From Hemiscyllium ocellatum (Eukaryota): DNA of 64,000 nucleotides. The notes under the pieces are model-generated. The model had not been told where the DNA came from. It searched no databases and saw only the letters and a list, made by a program, of their open reading frames with translations. Position numbers and translations under genes: made by a program. Location: the NCBI RefSeq assembly GCF_020745735.1, contig NC_083418.1, positions 372,001-436,000 on the forward strand, given 5' to 3'. Each line of letters begins with the position of its first letter. Position 1 is the first letter of the stretch. Below, piece after piece: positions 61,401 to 64,000 of this stretch.

Positions 61401-62275
61401 TGTAATTTTTGCTCCTATGCCTTATGGTCTGTGACATGTCAAATGGCGTCCTTTTCTGACATAACAATTTGGTGATTATATGAACTGCGTGTTCACTCCA
61501 ATCGGGTCTTCATCTCCATCTGACTTCAGATGCTCCAAAGTATAGTTGACTTATGGAAGGGCAGAGAAAGCTTCGTTTGGGAACATTCTGTGATAATTAT
61601 TGTGATGCAGTCAATGTTGTCTTAACTCTGGACCTTTGGTCTTTATGTTTACTGACAAAATTGAAAAAGAAAAACGTGTAAATCAATTTTATCGATTGAA
61701 TGTGTTTCTGTGACCAATGGAAGAGTCCTGTATGAGAGAGTGTTTTCAACGGAGCAGGTTCACTCTGAATGAATTATCTTTGGAGTGTATACAGAGTAAT
61801 TATGAAGGACAGAAAAGAACGAGTGTGCATTTTGATCTAACAAGCCTTCTCCACTATTTAAGTTGATCATGGCGCTCGAATCCATCTAAGACCTGTGTCG
61901 ACACAACCACATAAAGGTTCAGGTTGTTGTTATTTCGAAATCCAACAGCTTAAAGGCACTCAAAGACGGAAAATCCACTGTTCATTGTAGTGGAGAATTG
62001 CAAAATATCTCAAGGCTGAGTCTACAATCAAATAGTCCTTATCTTGGTCATACATCAGAATGCCTCACGTTAAAATTATGACCGCGTGCATCCAGATTCA
62101 GCTGTGTAAGAATGCAGGTTGTGATAAAAGACTGTCAACCTGAAAAGGTAACATTCGTCTCGGTCTCTGCAAAGGATATGTCCAAATCGTTGCATCTTGA
62201 CAATTTGTTCTTCCAACAACTTAAATGTTCTTTGTATTCGGTTGTTTTACTGTAAAAATTGAGGACTGCAGGGGT

Positions 62276-62356
62276 GCTATAATGGCCGAGAGGTTAAGGC
62301 GTTGGAGTGAATATCCATTGTAGCTTGCTCTGCAGTTTCGAAAATTGCTCCCCGCG
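62276..62356 (+). pseudogene. tRNA-Ser pseudogene
   Basis: GCTATAATGGCCGAGAGGTTAAGGCGTTGGAGTGAATATCCATTG..GCAGTTTCGAAAATTGCTCCCCGCG; long variable arm; TTTT run about 7 nt downstream (Pol III terminator-like). Confidence 0.8.
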
Positions 62357-62531
62357 TTGACGTTTTAAATGGTCACGAACTCCTTTGGCCAATTCTGAAT
62401 ATCATGGTGCTGGAGCTTCTGATCAAATCAAAGTCAATTTTCGACTGCAAAGAATCAGAAGTAATTTCAAAACTGACTAAGTCGCTTAAAAGAATAAATT
62501 ACGCGTCGAGACAGAAAAAACAACCACCAAA

Positions 62532-62850
62532 CGGGCGGCACGGTGGCACAGTGGTTAGCACTGTTGCCTCACAGCTACTGTAGACCCGGGTTCAATTACC
62601 GACTCAGGCGACTGACTGTGTGGAGTTTGCACGTTCTCCCCGTGTCTGCGTGGGTTTCCTCCGGGTGCTCCGGTTTCCTCCCACAGTCACAAAGATGTGC
62701 GGGTCAGGTGAATTGGCAAAGCTAAATTGCCCGTAATGTTAGGTAAGGGGTAAATGTAGGGATATAGGTGGGTTGCGCTTCAGGGGGTCGGTGTGGACTT
62801 GTTGGGCCGAAGGGCCTGTTTCCACACTGTAAGTCTAAGTCTAATCTAAA
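62532..62850 (+). mobile_element. HE1 SINE, full-length
   Basis: GGGCGGCACGGTGGCACAGTGGTTAGCAC head, GGGTTCAATT B-box, core, GGGCCGAAGGGCCTGTTTCC tail and (TCTAA) repeats. Confidence 0.95.
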
Positions 62851-63039
62851 GTCCAACACGAATATGTTGCAACAGAAATGAAGAATTATCATGAAATTTG
62901 GAATTTGGGCGGTAATAAAACAATGCATAACATATAACTGCAGACGATGAATGCTTCATTTTCACGGATCTGTTGAAAGACAAGCTAAGATAATATTTCA
63001 GGCACACACTTTGTGATTGTTTTGAATTAATCGAGTGGC

Positions 63040-63770
63040 AGAGCCAGACAGACGTAGACCAAGGAAACAGAGCCCTCTGTCCAATTCGTCTATGTGTACA
63101 AGTTACTCTAACCTAGTCTCTTCCCATGTGCCAGCACTTAGCCTGTATACCGCCAAACCATTCTTATCAAAGTGGCTTTTAAATGTTTTAATTGTACAGG
63201 CTCCACCACTTCGTCTGGCAGCTCATTCCATGAACCTACTAGCCTTTGCATGAAAAAAAGTCCCTTCAATTCATTGTACTGTTTTCCAGTCTAATCCTTA
63301 ACATATGCCCTCTAGTTCTGGACTCCACCACCCGCGGGAAAAAAACCTGTTCTATTTATTCTATTCATATCCGTCATGGTTTCATAAATCGCGAAAAAGC
63401 CAAACTTCACCCTTCGATCCTCCATGGAAACCAACCCCAGCCTATTCAGACTCTCCCTACAGCTCAAATCATCCAACCCTGGAACCATGTCTGAAATTTT
63501 ATGAACCTGTTCCAAGATTCATAACATCCTTCTGATACGAAGGAGACCAGAAATGCATGTAATATTGCAAAAGTAGCCGAACCAGTATCGTGCGTGGTCG
63601 TAACATGATCAGCCGTCTTCTACACTCAAAGCTCTGGCTAATAAAGGCAAAAAAAGGAGCTTCTTCACGAGCCTATACACATGCGACTCTACTTTCAAGG
63701 AACTATGAATCTGCACTCCAAGTTCTCTTTGTTCAGCAACACTCCCCAGAAGCTTACTATTAAATGTAGA
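63040..63770 (-). mobile_element. old CR1 3' fragment
   Basis: ORF 63312 MVPGLDDLSCRESLNRLGLVSMEDRR is a CR1 C-terminal motif. Confidence 0.8.
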
Positions 63771-63789
63771 TCTGGAAACAAGTCCCGGT

Positions 63790-63960
63790 GGACCATAGAC
63801 GTTTCCTGAACAGTCTGCAATTTTGCGCTATGTCTTTCTGATGTAGAGGAGACCACCTCAGGATCATCAGATGCAGTAAATCAGGGTCGAGGAAACCCAG
63901 GTAAATTTCTAGCGGATTTCAATAATTATTTGGTGTCTTGGATGTCGATAGTAGAGAGGA
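63790..63960 (-). mobile_element. Penelope-like GIY-YIG fragment
   Basis: GATGTAGAGGAGACCAC..GATGCAGTA resembles 13120-13160 (CIxCxxxGLLYI on minus). Confidence 0.5.
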
Positions 63961-64000
63961 GAGTAGGGTAGAGAGAGAGAGAGTTGAGTACAATGAAAAC

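Overview
Repeat-dense vertebrate DNA, most likely from a shark (HE1-type SINEs and HER1/CR1 LINEs; carpet-shark-like is my inference). I found no intact host protein-coding gene, and almost all listed ORFs are transposon fragments or noise. The backbone looks like a decayed tRNA gene cluster, with about 14 tRNA-derived pseudogenes (Arg-ACG x4, Arg-TCT and Ile-TAT with introns, His x2, Ser x2, Asp, Thr, Val, possibly Ile-AAT) and a dead C2H2 zinc-finger gene. The Arg-ACG copies sit in a ~1.4-2 kb amplified unit (about 6 copies) carrying a variable ~67-bp minisatellite. Layered on top are young and old CR1 LINEs, HE1 SINEs, and many Penelope-like fragments carrying minimal hammerhead-ribozyme motifs. 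Two apparently intact hammerheads lie at opposite ends of an inverted-repeat Penelope insertion with a perfect 12-bp TSD. Also present are a Gmr1-type gypsy element (integrase before RT), an epsilon-like ERV lacking RT-RNase H, a Tx1-like LINE end and a 1.6-kb GT-rich satellite. All calls come from visual comparison with remembered consensus sequences; no searches were run, and boundaries of old elements are approximate.
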